From: an uncultured Bacilli bacterium
GTDB taxonomy: Bacteria > Bacillota_I > Bacilli_A > RF39 > UBA660
Reading direction: 5' to 3'
NCBI GenBank assembly: GCA_947631295.1
Contig: CANRKU010000002.1
Location: 10,274-74,273, forward strand
Length of the DNA stretch: 64,000 nt
Shown one piece after another: positions 30,921 to 40,717 of this stretch; position 1 is the stretch's first letter, and every line of letters begins with the position of its first letter. A model generated the notes under the pieces. That model had not been told where the DNA came from. It saw nothing but the letters and a program-made list of their open reading frames with translations, and did no database searches. Position numbers and translations under genes: made by a program.

Positions 30921-31001
30921 ACATGAAAATAAAAGCAAATTGATAATAAAAACATATATGTAAAAAACGAAATATTAAAAAAGTTAAACAAGAAAAGAAA
31001 A

Positions 31002-31040
31002 AGAAACTAATTATTTTTGACTATTTAGTTTCTTTTTCTA
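31002..31040. terminator. bidirectional rho-independent terminator (GNAT gene / clpP)
   Basis: 9-bp stem agaaactaa / ttagtttct, flanked by A-rich sequence on the 5' side and T-rich sequence on the 3' side. The 3' arm overlaps the last clpP codons. Confidence 0.5.
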
Positions 31041-31614
31041 TAATTTTATCCACTAATCCATATTCCAATGCTTCTTTACTATCCATAAAGTTATCCCTTT
31101 CAGTATCTTTTTGAATAGTATCAATTTTTTGGTTTGTATTTTTAGCTAATATTTGATTTAATTTATCTCTTAATTTTAAAATATGTTCTGCAGCAATTTT
31201 AATTTCTGTAGCTTGACCTTGAGCACCACCTAGTGGTTGATGTATCATAACCTCAGAATTAGGAAGAATGTATCTTTTTCCTTTTTCACCAGAAGATAGT
31301 AGAAATGCAGCCATACTAGCAGCCATTCCTAAGCAAATTGTAGATACATCACTTTTTAAAAAATTCATCGTATCATAGATAGCCATACCAGCTGTAACAG
31401 AACCACCAGGGGAATTAATATAAAGACTAATATCATCATGATTCAAAGAATCAAGATATAAAAGTTGTGCTACCACACTATTAGCGAGTACATCATCGAT
31501 TTCTCCACTGAGTAAAATAATTCTATTTTTTAAAAGCCTTGAAAAAATATCATAGCTTCTTTCACCACTTGCTTCTTTATCTACAACCATTGGCACTAAA
31601 CTCATAATTATCAC
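31021..31614 (-). CDS. clpP: ATP-dependent Clp protease proteolytic subunit
   Basis: Catalytic Ser (GMAASMAAF) and His (MIHQP); [22 protein letters not shown]-terminal region. GGTGAT RBS upstream on the minus strand. No CtsR heptad repeat (GGTCAAA) was seen upstream. Confidence 0.92.
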   Translation of the reverse strand: MIIMSLVPMVVDKEASGERSYDIFSRLLKNRIILLSGEIDDVLANSVVAQLLYLDSLNHDDISLYINSPGGSVTAGMAIYDTMNFLKSDVSTICLGMAASMAAFLLSSGEKGKRYILPNSEVMIHQPLGGAQGQATEIKIAAEHILKLRDKLNQILAKNTNQKIDTIQKDTERDNFMDSKEALEYGLVDKIIEKETK

Positions 31615-31672
31615 CTATAATTATAATAGTGTAAATCAAATCATTTTATACATTTATTAGTTAGACAAAATG

Positions 31673-31681
31673 TGCTATAAT
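31673..31681 (+). promoter_or_regulatory. extended -10 promoter element (TGcTATAAT) for ORF 31711
   Basis: TG at 31673-31674 and TATAAT at 31676-31681, 29 nt upstream of the start codon. Weak -35 (TTTATT). Confidence 0.35.
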
Positions 31682-31710
31682 AAAAATATACAAATAAAGT
31701 AGGTGTTTTT

Positions 31711-32592
31711 ATGTTAGAAGAAGTAAAAGAAGGTCTTATTGCAGAGATAAATCAAAAAATGCAGCAACCAAAACAACTAGAAGCAGAAATTAAAAAATTA
31801 TTTCAAGAAAGCAATCAAAAATATGATGAAAAGAAAAGTCAGTTATTAAATCTATCAAAACAGATAAAAGATTTAAATAATCATCTGCTTACCAAATTAA
31901 CAAGTGGAAAACAGATAAATACATTAATGACTCAATTTGATCAAACATTAGAAGAAATGCTAGATGAACAAAATAGGATGAATAGCCAAATAGAAAATTT
32001 ATATCATCAAATATATGATTTATCACATAATAGTATTCTATATGAGCAAGAAATGAAGCATATTACAGAAGCTAGTACTTTAGAAGAATTAGGATTAACC
32101 ATGGTTTCTGCTCAAAAATACATTAAAAGTGATGATAAAAAAGTCATCAGAGCAATTTTTAAAGATATCAAAGAAAAACCAGAGTTTACAACTAGTAGTG
32201 AAATTGAAAAAGCCTTAAATATGTTATACCAAACGAATGCTTCTCCTTTTGTAAAAGCTATGCAGAATTTAAGTTTAGATGATTTAATCTTAGAATTAAT
32301 GGATATTGGCATCATAATAGATAGTGATAAAGTACAGCTTTTAAAAAATTTAATAGAATATGCCAAAGCACCAAATAGTAATACGATACCGATTCCTTCT
32401 ATGCAAGAAAGAACCGATCGATTAGATAATAATTTTTATAATATGGTAGAACAAGATTTTGCCAATATGCAACGTTTTAATAATTATCCACCAATCGCTA
32501 TTTCTAGAATAGTTACAAATGCCATTTTAACATCTATAGCAAAAGCCAAAAAAATAGCGAATAGAGAAGCAGAGAAATCGGAATCAAAATAA
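31711..32592 (+). CDS. hypothetical coiled-coil protein
   Basis: AGGTG RBS. 293 aa, Q/E/K-rich heptad-like N-terminal half. No family. Confidence 0.4.
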   Translation: MLEEVKEGLIAEINQKMQQPKQLEAEIKKLFQESNQKYDEKKSQLLNLSKQIKDLNNHLLTKLTSGKQINTLMTQFDQTLEEMLDEQNRMNSQIENLYHQIYDLSHNSILYEQEMKHITEASTLEELGLTMVSAQKYIKSDDKKVIRAIFKDIKEKPEFTTSSEIEKALNMLYQTNASPFVKAMQNLSLDDLILELMDIGIIIDSDKVQLLKNLIEYAKAPNSNTIPIPSMQERTDRLDNNFYNMVEQDFANMQRFNNYPPIAISRIVTNAILTSIAKAKKIANREAEKSESK

Positions 32593-32621
32593 TAATAATC
32601 GAAAAGAAAAAAGGGGACTTT

Positions 32622-34271
32622 ATGAGCAAACTAATAATAACGATTAATGGTAGTCAAAAAGAAATAGATTACGGTACTACGCTAGAAACAATTTCAAAAG
32701 ATTACCAACAAGATTTTAAATATGATATTATTATCGCAAAAGTAGATGGAATTTATAAAGAATTAATTGATACTATAACTAAAAACAGTGAAATAGAATT
32801 TCTAGATTTAACACATCGTAGTGCTAATTCTATTTATGTAAATGGATTGATTTACTTAATGATTTATGCTTTTCAGCAAGTATTTGGGAAACAGGCAAAT
32901 TTAAAAGTGTGCCATTCCCTAGATAAAGGTTTATATATTGAGCCTACTATTCCAATAAAAAAAGAAGATCTTGATGTATTAGAAAATAAAATGAGAGAAT
33001 TAGTAAATAGTAATCTTCCTATTCAAAAAGTTACTGTTTCTAGATTAGAAGCAATGGAATATTTTAAAAATATTGGCGATTTTATCAAGGCAGATATTAT
33101 GAAATATGTAACATCTACCCATCTTACTTTATACAAATTAGGTAATATGTACAATTATTTTTATAGTCTAATGCCCATTTCTACCAAAAGTTTATCTCAT
33201 TTTGAATTAACTTATTTAAATGAAAAAGGTTTTGTATTAAGATTCCCTACTATTTATATGAAAGACGGTATTAAACCTTATGAGCATAGGGAAAATGTAT
33301 TTCATTTATTTCAAGAAACACGTGCCTGGGCTAAAAAATTAAATCTTGAAAATGTGACTGATTTAAATAAAAGGGTATCTGGCAGTAACATTGAAGAATT
33401 AATCCAGTTAGATGAGGTTATGAAAAATTATGGACTAATGGAACTTGCAAAGAAAATTATTTCTAATCAAAATGTAAAAGTAGTTTTATTAGCAGGTCCT
33501 TCTTCAACAGGAAAAACCACGACTACCAATAAGTTAATGCTAAGCTTAAAGAGTTTAGGGAAAAATCCTAAAATGCTATCGATGGATGATTTTTTTGTTG
33601 ATCGATGTGATACTCCATTAGATGAGGAAGGAAATCCTGATTTTGAACGATTAGAAGCAGTAGATTTGAAATTATTTGAAGAAACGATTGAAAAATTGTT
33701 AACAGGGCAAGAGGTAATTCTCCCTACCTTTAATTTTGTTTTAGGAGAAAAAGAATATAAACAAAAGATGCAAATAAGTTCTGATGATATTTTATTAATT
33801 GAAGGAATTCATGCTCTAAATCCAAAAGTATTAGAGCATATTCCAAAAGAAAAAAAATGTACTATTTATCTATCTGCTTTAACTGAATTAAATATTGATA
33901 ATCATGTTAGAGTATCTACAACAGATAATAGGCTATTAAGAAGAATTGTAAGAGATAATAGAACTCGTGGTAATAATGTTGAGGAGACCTTAAAAAGTTG
34001 GGCTAAAGTAAGAGAGGGAGAAGAAAATTATATTTTTCCTTATCAAGATGAAGCAGACTATACCTTTAATACAGCGATGATTTATGAATTAGGAGTATTA
34101 AAAACTTTTGTAGAACCACTTCTTTATTCAGTAGAACCGACATCCCCTTATTATAATGAAGCAATTCGTTTAATTAATTTTTTAAGATTATTTTTACCAA
34201 TTCCATCGGAGAGTATTCCTAGTGATTCTATTTTAAGAGAATTTATTGGGGGTGGATGTTTTCGAATATAA
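32622..34271 (+). CDS. uridine kinase family protein with N-terminal TGS/ThrRS-like domain
   Basis: P-loop VVLLAGPSSTGKTTTTNKL followed by a uridine-kinase-like core (DDFF, IEGIHAL). The N-terminal ~60 aa resemble a TGS domain (MSKLIITINGSQKEIDYGTTLETI). Confidence 0.6.
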   Translation: MSKLIITINGSQKEIDYGTTLETISKDYQQDFKYDIIIAKVDGIYKELIDTITKNSEIEFLDLTHRSANSIYVNGLIYLMIYAFQQVFGKQANLKVCHSLDKGLYIEPTIPIKKEDLDVLENKMRELVNSNLPIQKVTVSRLEAMEYFKNIGDFIKADIMKYVTSTHLTLYKLGNMYNYFYSLMPISTKSLSHFELTYLNEKGFVLRFPTIYMKDGIKPYEHRENVFHLFQETRAWAKKLNLENVTDLNKRVSGSNIEELIQLDEVMKNYGLMELAKKIISNQNVKVVLLAGPSSTGKTTTTNKLMLSLKSLGKNPKMLSMDDFFVDRCDTPLDEEGNPDFERLEAVDLKLFEETIEKLLTGQEVILPTFNFVLGEKEYKQKMQISSDDILLIEGIHALNPKVLEHIPKEKKCTIYLSALTELNIDNHVRVSTTDNRLLRRIVRDNRTRGNNVEETLKSWAKVREGEENYIFPYQDEADYTFNTAMIYELGVLKTFVEPLLYSVEPTSPYYNEAIRLINFLRLFLPIPSESIPSDSILREFIGGGCFRI

Positions 34272-34297
34272 AAAGAAAGGTACTTTGGTATCTTTCT

Positions 34298-35023
34298 TTA
34301 ATTTGGGTAATATTCTTGAGCAAGAGAAACTACATTAGAAGTAATAATATAAGATTTATCCATGATGTCATTACTTAGGCTTGTTTTTACATCTTCATAT
34401 AAATTAGGATTGTTAATATCCCCCATCATAATATAACGATTATTATTCATTTGATTTTTAATATATTTGCTACATTCATTGATATTCGCATGTTGAATAG
34501 ATACTGAATAAAAATCTAAGTCTAAATCCCAAAAATAAGGCTCTGTATTCATAATAACCGCACCAATCTTCGCCTTATTTTCCTTTGCTTTCATATCTAA
34601 AACAATTTCTTTACAAGAGCTTTTGATATAGATATTATCATTAGGATATTGATTAATTAAGTTGAAAATGGTTTGTATAAAATTAGAATTATTCTCTCCA
34701 TGACTATTTAAATTTAATACTAACATTTTAGAAGTTGTTTCAAAAAGTTTTAAAACATCTTCTAATGTAATAATCCAATGTTTTTTTACTTTGCTTCCTA
34801 AATTAAATTTTTGTAGTTCTGTATAAGTTAAATTGGATATTTTATAATTGGGATGATTATCAATAGCATCTGTTTGATAGACGATGATTTTACCATCTTT
34901 TGTCATGTTCAAATTCATTTCAACACCAGCAATATAATCAGTGTGAATGGCTAATAATAAAGAGTCATAAGTATCAACTGGTGTATTTTTAGAACTTGGT
35001 CCATTTCTAGCTATTAAATTCAT
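34298..35023 (-). CDS. glycerophosphodiester phosphodiesterase (GDPD)-like protein, probably catalytically degenerate
   Basis: 241 aa. The N-terminus aligns by eye with UgpQ-type GDPDs, but HRG is replaced by ARNG and the catalytic HD by YQTD. Confidence 0.45.
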   Translation of the reverse strand: MNLIARNGPSSKNTPVDTYDSLLLAIHTDYIAGVEMNLNMTKDGKIIVYQTDAIDNHPNYKISNLTYTELQKFNLGSKVKKHWIITLEDVLKLFETTSKMLVLNLNSHGENNSNFIQTIFNLINQYPNDNIYIKSSCKEIVLDMKAKENKAKIGAVIMNTEPYFWDLDLDFYSVSIQHANINECSKYIKNQMNNNRYIMMGDINNPNLYEDVKTSLSNDIMDKSYIITSNVVSLAQEYYPN

Positions 35024-35106
35024 GATTCACCTCTTATTCTTATTTTATGTGTAAAAATAAAATATATGATAAGTGACAAGTTTTGTATAGTGAATAAAGG
35101 AATATA

Positions 35107-35135
35107 TTGAATCACTTTGGATAAGATTATATAAT
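35107..35135 (+). promoter_or_regulatory. sigma-A-type promoter of gap (TTGAAT - 17 bp - TATAAT)
   Basis: TTGAAT at 35107-35112, a 17-bp spacer, TATAAT at 35130-35135. Confidence 0.55.
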
Positions 35136-35152
35136 GAAAATAGAAAGGATAG

Positions 35153-36169
35153 ATGATAATGAAAGTAGCAATTAATGGCTTTGGTAGAATTGGCAGACTT
35201 GCCTTTAGGCAAATGTTTCATAAAGATGGAATTGATATAGTAGCAATTAATGATTTAACTTCTCCTGAGATGTTAGCTTATTTATTAAAATATGATTCTG
35301 CTCAAAAAAAGTATGAATTAGCAGATACTATTCAATATACAGAGAATTCTATTATCGTTGATCAAGAGGAAATTAAAATTTATAAAGAACCAGATCCTAA
35401 AAATTTACCATGGAAAGAATTAGGAGTAGATGTAGTTTTAGAGTGTACAGGCTTTTTTACAACTAAAGAAAAAGCGAATGCTCATATTGAAGCTGGTAGC
35501 AAAAAAGTGCTTATTTCAGCACCTGCCGGGGATGATGTAAAAACAATTGTATATGGAGTGAATGAAGATATTTTAACCAGTGAAGATAATATTATATCAG
35601 CTGCTTCCTGTACTACCAATTGTCTTGCACCAATGGCAAAAGCTTTAAATGATTATGGTAAGATAGAATCCGGTATTATGACAACCATTCATGCCTATAC
35701 AGGAGATCAAATGCTATTAGATGGTCCGCATCGTAAAGGAAATTTAAGAAGAGCAAGAGCAGCTGCCGTAAATATTGTACCTAATTCAACAGGGGCAGCT
35801 AAGGCTATTGGGTTAGTTATTCCTGAACTTGATAAAAAATTGATTGGTAGTGCTGAAAGAGTACCAGTAACTGATGGATCTTTAACTATTTTAGATGCTG
35901 TTATCGAAAAAAATGTAACAAAAGAGGAAATAAATAGTTATATGAAAAGTAAAACGAGTGAATCCTATGGTTATACAGAAGAAGATATTGTTTCCAGCGA
36001 TATTATAGGAGATACACATGGCTCTGTATTTGATGCAACACAAACCAAAGCAATCCCACTATCAAATGGAAAATCATTAGTGCAAGTAGTAGCATGGTAT
36101 GATAATGAAAATTCCTATACTTCACAAATGGTTAGAGTAGCAAAATACTTAATGAAATTTATAAAGTAA
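35153..36169 (+). CDS. gap: type I glyceraldehyde-3-phosphate dehydrogenase
   Basis: [11 protein letters not shown]-binding motif and the active site [12 protein letters not shown]. The start may instead be ATG 35159 ([13 protein letters not shown]). Confidence 0.93.
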   Translation: MIMKVAINGFGRIGRLAFRQMFHKDGIDIVAINDLTSPEMLAYLLKYDSAQKKYELADTIQYTENSIIVDQEEIKIYKEPDPKNLPWKELGVDVVLECTGFFTTKEKANAHIEAGSKKVLISAPAGDDVKTIVYGVNEDILTSEDNIISAASCTTNCLAPMAKALNDYGKIESGIMTTIHAYTGDQMLLDGPHRKGNLRRARAAAVNIVPNSTGAAKAIGLVIPELDKKLIGSAERVPVTDGSLTILDAVIEKNVTKEEINSYMKSKTSESYGYTEEDIVSSDIIGDTHGSVFDATQTKAIPLSNGKSLVQVVAWYDNENSYTSQMVRVAKYLMKFIK

Positions 36170-36313
36170 AGAATATTTTCTATTTTTAAACTTTTCATAA
36201 AGGAATGAATAATTATCAATTGATGGAATTTATAGAAGAAAAATAAACAAGAATAAATATAACAAACAAAAAAGAAATCAGCATAGCTTTTTTCTTTTTT
36301 TCTATTAGAATTG

Positions 36314-36322
36314 TGTTATAAT
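36314..36322 (+). promoter_or_regulatory. candidate internal extended -10 promoter (TGtTATAAT) upstream of pgk
   Basis: TG at 36314-36315 and TATAAT at 36317-36322, 20 nt before the pgk start. Weak -35. Confidence 0.35.
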
Positions 36323-36342
36323 GGAAATAGGAGAATGATAAA

Positions 36343-37527
36343 ATGAAAAAAACAATAACTGATTTTGATTTAAAAGGAAAAAAAGTAATCATTCGCGTGG
36401 ATTTTAATGTGCCAATGAAAGAAGGGAAAATTTTAGATGATAATAGAGTGAGAGAAAGCCTACCTACTATTCAGTATGCACTCTCTCATGGAGCTAAAGT
36501 AATCTTACTTTCACATTTAGGAAGAATTAAAACAGAAAGTGATCTAAAAGGGAATTCCTTAGAGATAGTAGCTATTGATTTGGAAAAATTATTAGGAAAA
36601 AAAGTAACCTTCCTACATACCAATATAGGAACAGAAGTAGAAGAAAAAGTTAATCATTTAAAAGAAGGAGAAATCCTTTTGCTAGAAAATACACGCTACG
36701 CAGACTTAGATGGCAAAAAAGAAAGTTCAAATGATTTAGAATTAGGAAAATATTGGGCTTCTTTAGGTGATATTTTCATAAATGATGCTTTTGGAACAAT
36801 TCATAGAAGTCATGCATCTAATGTTGGTATTGCTTCTCATCTTCCAAATGGTATAGGCTTTTTAGTAGAAAAAGAATTAAAAGCGCTTTCTAGTTTAAAT
36901 AAACCAGAAAGTCCTTATATTGTGATCCTAGGAGGAAAAAAAGTATCAGATAAATTAGGGGTGATTAAAAATTTAGTAACGAAAGCAGATAAAATCATTA
37001 TTGGCGGAGCAATGGCATTTACTTTCTTAAAGGCTAAAAACTTAGAAATAGGTAAGTCCTTAGTAGAAGATGATTTTATTCCTTTTTGTAAAGAAATATT
37101 AGCAAATTACTCTCATAAAATAATATTACCAATAGATGTCATAGTATCTGAAAAAATAGAAGAAAATAGTAATTCAATAAATCGTTTAGTAAGTGATATT
37201 CAAGAAAATGAAATTGGATTAGATTTAGGACCAGAAACAATAGAACTTATTAAACAAAATCTAGCAGAAGCCAAAACAGTAGTATGGAATGGCCCATTAG
37301 GCTATTATGAAATAGAAAAATATCAGCTATCTACCAAAGAAATTTTAAAATATTTAACAGAGAAAAAAATTTATACCATCCTAGGCGGTGGAGATATTGT
37401 GGCAGCAAGTTCTAAACTAGGATATCAAGATAAAATTTCTCATGCCTCAACTGGAGGAGGAGCTACTCTAGAATATTTGGAAGGAAAACAATTACCAGGC
37501 TTAGAGGTAATAGAAAATAAAAATTAG
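36343..37527 (+). CDS. pgk: phosphoglycerate kinase
   Basis: AGGAGA RBS. Canonical RVDFNVP, LLENTRY, SHLGR and GGGA motifs. Confidence 0.95.
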   Translation: MKKTITDFDLKGKKVIIRVDFNVPMKEGKILDDNRVRESLPTIQYALSHGAKVILLSHLGRIKTESDLKGNSLEIVAIDLEKLLGKKVTFLHTNIGTEVEEKVNHLKEGEILLLENTRYADLDGKKESSNDLELGKYWASLGDIFINDAFGTIHRSHASNVGIASHLPNGIGFLVEKELKALSSLNKPESPYIVILGGKKVSDKLGVIKNLVTKADKIIIGGAMAFTFLKAKNLEIGKSLVEDDFIPFCKEILANYSHKIILPIDVIVSEKIEENSNSINRLVSDIQENEIGLDLGPETIELIKQNLAEAKTVVWNGPLGYYEIEKYQLSTKEILKYLTEKKIYTILGGGDIVAASSKLGYQDKISHASTGGGATLEYLEGKQLPGLEVIENKN

Positions 37528-37535
37528 GAGTAATC

Positions 37536-38561
37536 ATGAAAAATCTAAAAAAAAATAGCATTATTCTATTATTAATCACAATTATCGTTTTGATTTGTTT
37601 CTTAAAAGATGATTTTCCAAATATTATAAATAATTTAAGAAATGCGAATCCTATCTGGCTGATGCTAGCATTGGCATGTTTCTTTATAGCATTAGGATTT
37701 GAAGCTAAAGCATATCAGGAAATTATTCGTGGATATGAATATGATTATACATTTAAAAAGTCATATAGAATGCTTTTAATCACAAAATTTTTTAATGGAA
37801 TTACTCCCTTTTCTTCGGGGGGACAACCAATGCAAATATACATATTAAATAAAGATGGAATTCGTCTGACAAAAGCTACCAATATTATTATTCAAAATTT
37901 TATTATCTATCAAGCAGCATTAGTAGTTTTTGGAATTTTTGCGATTTTAATAAATCATTATTTAAGTATTTTTACAGAAATCACTCTATTAAAACAATTG
38001 GTAACATTGGGGTTCTTTATGAATACTCTAGTAATGGTAGGATTAGTTATTGTTAGTTTTAGTAGTAAATTCAATCATTTTTTAATTCAAAAAGGAATTT
38101 CTATATTGAATAAATTAAAAATAATTAAAAATAAAGAAGAGAAACAAGAAAAATGGCGTGAAAAAGTAGACGATTTTCATAAAGGAGCAGAATATCTAAA
38201 AAGGAACAAACCACTATGCATTAAAGCTTTTCTTTATAATGTCATTTACTTAGCATTAACTTATGTTATGCCCTATTTTGTGATACTAGCATTAACTAAA
38301 ACAATACCACCTGAAGTAACACCATTAAAAACAATATGTGCATCTGCTTATGTATTAATTATGGGATCCTTTGTTCCAATACCTGGAGCAAGTGGCGGTA
38401 TTGAATTTGGATATTTCAAGTTTTTTGGTAATTTCATAAAAGGAACTTTATTAAGAGCATCATTATTAATTTGGAGAACAATATCCTATTATTTACCAAT
38501 GGTAATAGGAGGAATTTTATTTAATATCAATATAAAAAGAGGCGATCAAGAATGCGAATAG
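37536..38561 (+). CDS. flippase-like membrane protein (UPF0104 / LPG-synthase-TM family)
   Basis: 8 predicted TM segments. The GITPFSSGGQPMQIYIL motif is typical of the family. Its stop overlaps the GT4 start. Confidence 0.55.
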   Translation: MKNLKKNSIILLLITIIVLICFLKDDFPNIINNLRNANPIWLMLALACFFIALGFEAKAYQEIIRGYEYDYTFKKSYRMLLITKFFNGITPFSSGGQPMQIYILNKDGIRLTKATNIIIQNFIIYQAALVVFGIFAILINHYLSIFTEITLLKQLVTLGFFMNTLVMVGLVIVSFSSKFNHFLIQKGISILNKLKIIKNKEEKQEKWREKVDDFHKGAEYLKRNKPLCIKAFLYNVIYLALTYVMPYFVILALTKTIPPEVTPLKTICASAYVLIMGSFVPIPGASGGIEFGYFKFFGNFIKGTLLRASLLIWRTISYYLPMVIGGILFNINIKRGDQECE

Positions 38562-39802
38562 GAATCTTTACAGAAACCTATACTCCTTACATTAGCGGTC
38601 TAGTAACTAGTGAAGTTATGTTGAAAAAAGGTTTAGAAAAATTGGGACATGAGGTATATGTAGTAACAGCTAATTTAGAAAATTTTCGTTATGAATATAA
38701 TGAAAAAGAACATATTTTAAAGATTCCAGGAATTCCAACTGGAATTTACGATTCAAGACTAACAGCAGTCTATCCTATAAAAGCTGTTAATAAAATAAAA
38801 AGTTGGAACTTAGATATTATTCATTCCCAAACTGAATTTGCGATTGGGACATTTGCGAGACTATTAGCTTATCAATTAGATATTCCTTTAGTCCATACCT
38901 ATCATACCATGTATGAAGATTACACTCATTATATTACGAAAGGATATTTCAATAAATCTAGTAAAAAAATAGTAGAATACTTAACCCTTTTCTATTGTGA
39001 TAAAACAGCTAGTGAATTAATTGTTCCTACTAAAAAAGCTTATGATTTATTTAAAGAAAAATATCAAGTTGATAGAAACATTCATATTATTCCAACAGGA
39101 ATCGAATTAGAAAGATTTTACTTAGAAAATATTAATCTACAGAAATTAGCGCAATTAAGAAAACAAGAAAAATTAACCAAAGAGGATTTTGTAGCAATTT
39201 TTATAGGAAGATTAGCCCAAGAAAAAAATGTAGTATTCTTATTAGATGTGATGAAAGAATTAGTACCTAAATATGCTAATTTAAAATTATTAATAGTAGG
39301 AGATGGGCCAGATTCTGATGAGTATAAAAAACTAATTAAAAAATATAAAATAGAAAATAATGTAATTATGACAGGAAAAGTAGAATGGGAAAAAGTTCCT
39401 TATTACTATCATTTATCAGATGTATTTTTAACAGCTTCCCATACAGAAACACAAGGTTTAACAGTAATAGAAGCTATGGCATCTGAAGTAGTACCAATAT
39501 GTATTAATGATGAAAGTTTTCAAAATACAGTAGTTGATGGACTAAATGGTCGAATATTTAATGATAAAAGGGAATGTGTAGAAATCATAAAAGAATTATA
39601 TGAAGATAGAAATAAAGTCAAACAATTAGCAAATCAAGCAAGAATTAATTCTAATCGCTTTAGTGCCAAATATTTTGCAGAATCGGTACTTGACGTATAT
39701 AAATATGCAATAGAACATAAAAAAAATCGTTTAGGTTTAATAGGAAAATTTGTAGATAAAATGAAAGGTAGCAAAGATGAAATGGATAATAAGCAATCAT
39801 AA
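38552..39802 (+). CDS. GT4 family glycosyltransferase, diacylglycerol glucosyltransferase (glycolipid synthase)-like
   Basis: MRIGIFTETYTPYISGLVTSEVMLKKGLEKLGHEVYVVT N-terminus, as in GT4 lipid glycosyltransferases. C-terminal E-x7-E region (EAMASEVVPICINDESF). Confidence 0.55.
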   Translation: MRIGIFTETYTPYISGLVTSEVMLKKGLEKLGHEVYVVTANLENFRYEYNEKEHILKIPGIPTGIYDSRLTAVYPIKAVNKIKSWNLDIIHSQTEFAIGTFARLLAYQLDIPLVHTYHTMYEDYTHYITKGYFNKSSKKIVEYLTLFYCDKTASELIVPTKKAYDLFKEKYQVDRNIHIIPTGIELERFYLENINLQKLAQLRKQEKLTKEDFVAIFIGRLAQEKNVVFLLDVMKELVPKYANLKLLIVGDGPDSDEYKKLIKKYKIENNVIMTGKVEWEKVPYYYHLSDVFLTASHTETQGLTVIEAMASEVVPICINDESFQNTVVDGLNGRIFNDKRECVEIIKELYEDRNKVKQLANQARINSNRFSAKYFAESVLDVYKYAIEHKKNRLGLIGKFVDKMKGSKDEMDNKQS

Positions 39803-40451
39803 GGATCATTTATTAGGGAGTACTTACCAAGAAGAAATTGCTAGATTAGCGAATCCTAATATTAACATTATTATTTGTCCAAATGATGAAGAATTATCAT
39901 CATTTTCGTTAAAAAGAAAAAATTATTTTCTGGGGAGTCAAGATATTAATTATAAATTTTCAATGAATGAATTAAAAAACATGTCTATTGAATATGCAAT
40001 TATTGGGCATTCTGATAGAAGAAAAAAATATCATGAAACAAGTCAAGAAATTCATGAAAAAATAAAGAAATTGATAGATATTGGTATCTGTCCAATTCTT
40101 TGCATCGGTGAAGAACAAGAGGTTGACTTTGAAAAAAAGAATTTAGGTGATGAACTAGAGTCATGCTTAAAAAACATAAAAATTAATCGATTGATTGTTG
40201 CCTATGAACCTGTATGGGCAATAGGAAGTGGAAAAATTCCAACCAAAGAACGATTAATAGAAATAGCAGAATATGTGAAAGAAAAAACAAAAAAAATAAC
40301 AGGGATAACCCCAATTTTAGTATATGGTGGTAGTGTAAATGAAAATACCATTACATTATTAGAAGAAATAAAGTCTCTGGATGGCTATTTAATAGGAAGC
40401 GCTAGTATTGATATTAGCAAATTAAAGAAATTAATAGAGGTGATAAAATGA
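39777..40451 (+). CDS. tpiA: triosephosphate isomerase (short, divergent N-terminus)
   Basis: Catalytic His in IIGHSDRR, catalytic Glu in AYEPVWAIGSG, phosphate-binding YGGSV. Only 224 aa; it overlaps the GT4 gene by 26 nt, and the N-terminal NWKMN motif is degenerate (SNHKDH). Confidence 0.8.
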   Translation: MKWIISNHKDHLLGSTYQEEIARLANPNINIIICPNDEELSSFSLKRKNYFLGSQDINYKFSMNELKNMSIEYAIIGHSDRRKKYHETSQEIHEKIKKLIDIGICPILCIGEEQEVDFEKKNLGDELESCLKNIKINRLIVAYEPVWAIGSGKIPTKERLIEIAEYVKEKTKKITGITPILVYGGSVNENTITLLEEIKSLDGYLIGSASIDISKLKKLIEVIK

Positions 40452-40612
40452 TATTAAATGTTTTTGATAATATATGGACAAGCCTAACAGAATGGTCAAA
40501 TGAATGCTATAAATTTATTATGAATCACTTTGATGAACCTTTCTTTTGGATTATTTTAGCTATTATTTTAATAGCTATTACATTTTGGGCAATATCCGAT
40601 TTAGCTAATAAA
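40448..40612 (+). CDS. possible small membrane protein (~54 aa)
   Basis: Not in the ORF track (below 60 aa). ATG overlaps the tpiA stop (ATGA). Encodes a hydrophobic helix FFWIILAIILIAITFWAI. Speculative. Confidence 0.25.
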
Positions 40613-40620
40613 TAACATAA

Positions 40621-40686
40621 TTCGACATATGTTGACATATCTTGTCAAGTTTCGCTGTATCAATTTGTAGGATATTATTGTATAAT
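40621..40686 (+). promoter_or_regulatory. spo0A promoter region with 0A-box-like sites and extended -10
   Basis: TTCGACA at 40621-40627, the reverse complement of the 0A box TGTCGAA. Inverted repeat TTGACA-tatct-TGTCAA at 40632-40648. Extended -10 TGTATAAT at 40679-40686. GAAAGGAG RBS before ATG 40718. Confidence 0.45.
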
Positions 40687-40717
40687 AATACTTGCGTGGA
40701 GTACGAAAGGAGATAAT

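Noticed and set aside
31615-31710. Search for a CtsR operator (GGTCAAA-N3-GGTCAAA) upstream of clpP
   Set aside because: No heptad direct repeat was found on either strand. The region instead carries the divergent extended -10 promoter for ORF 31711, so clpP regulation here cannot be assigned to CtsR from sequence.
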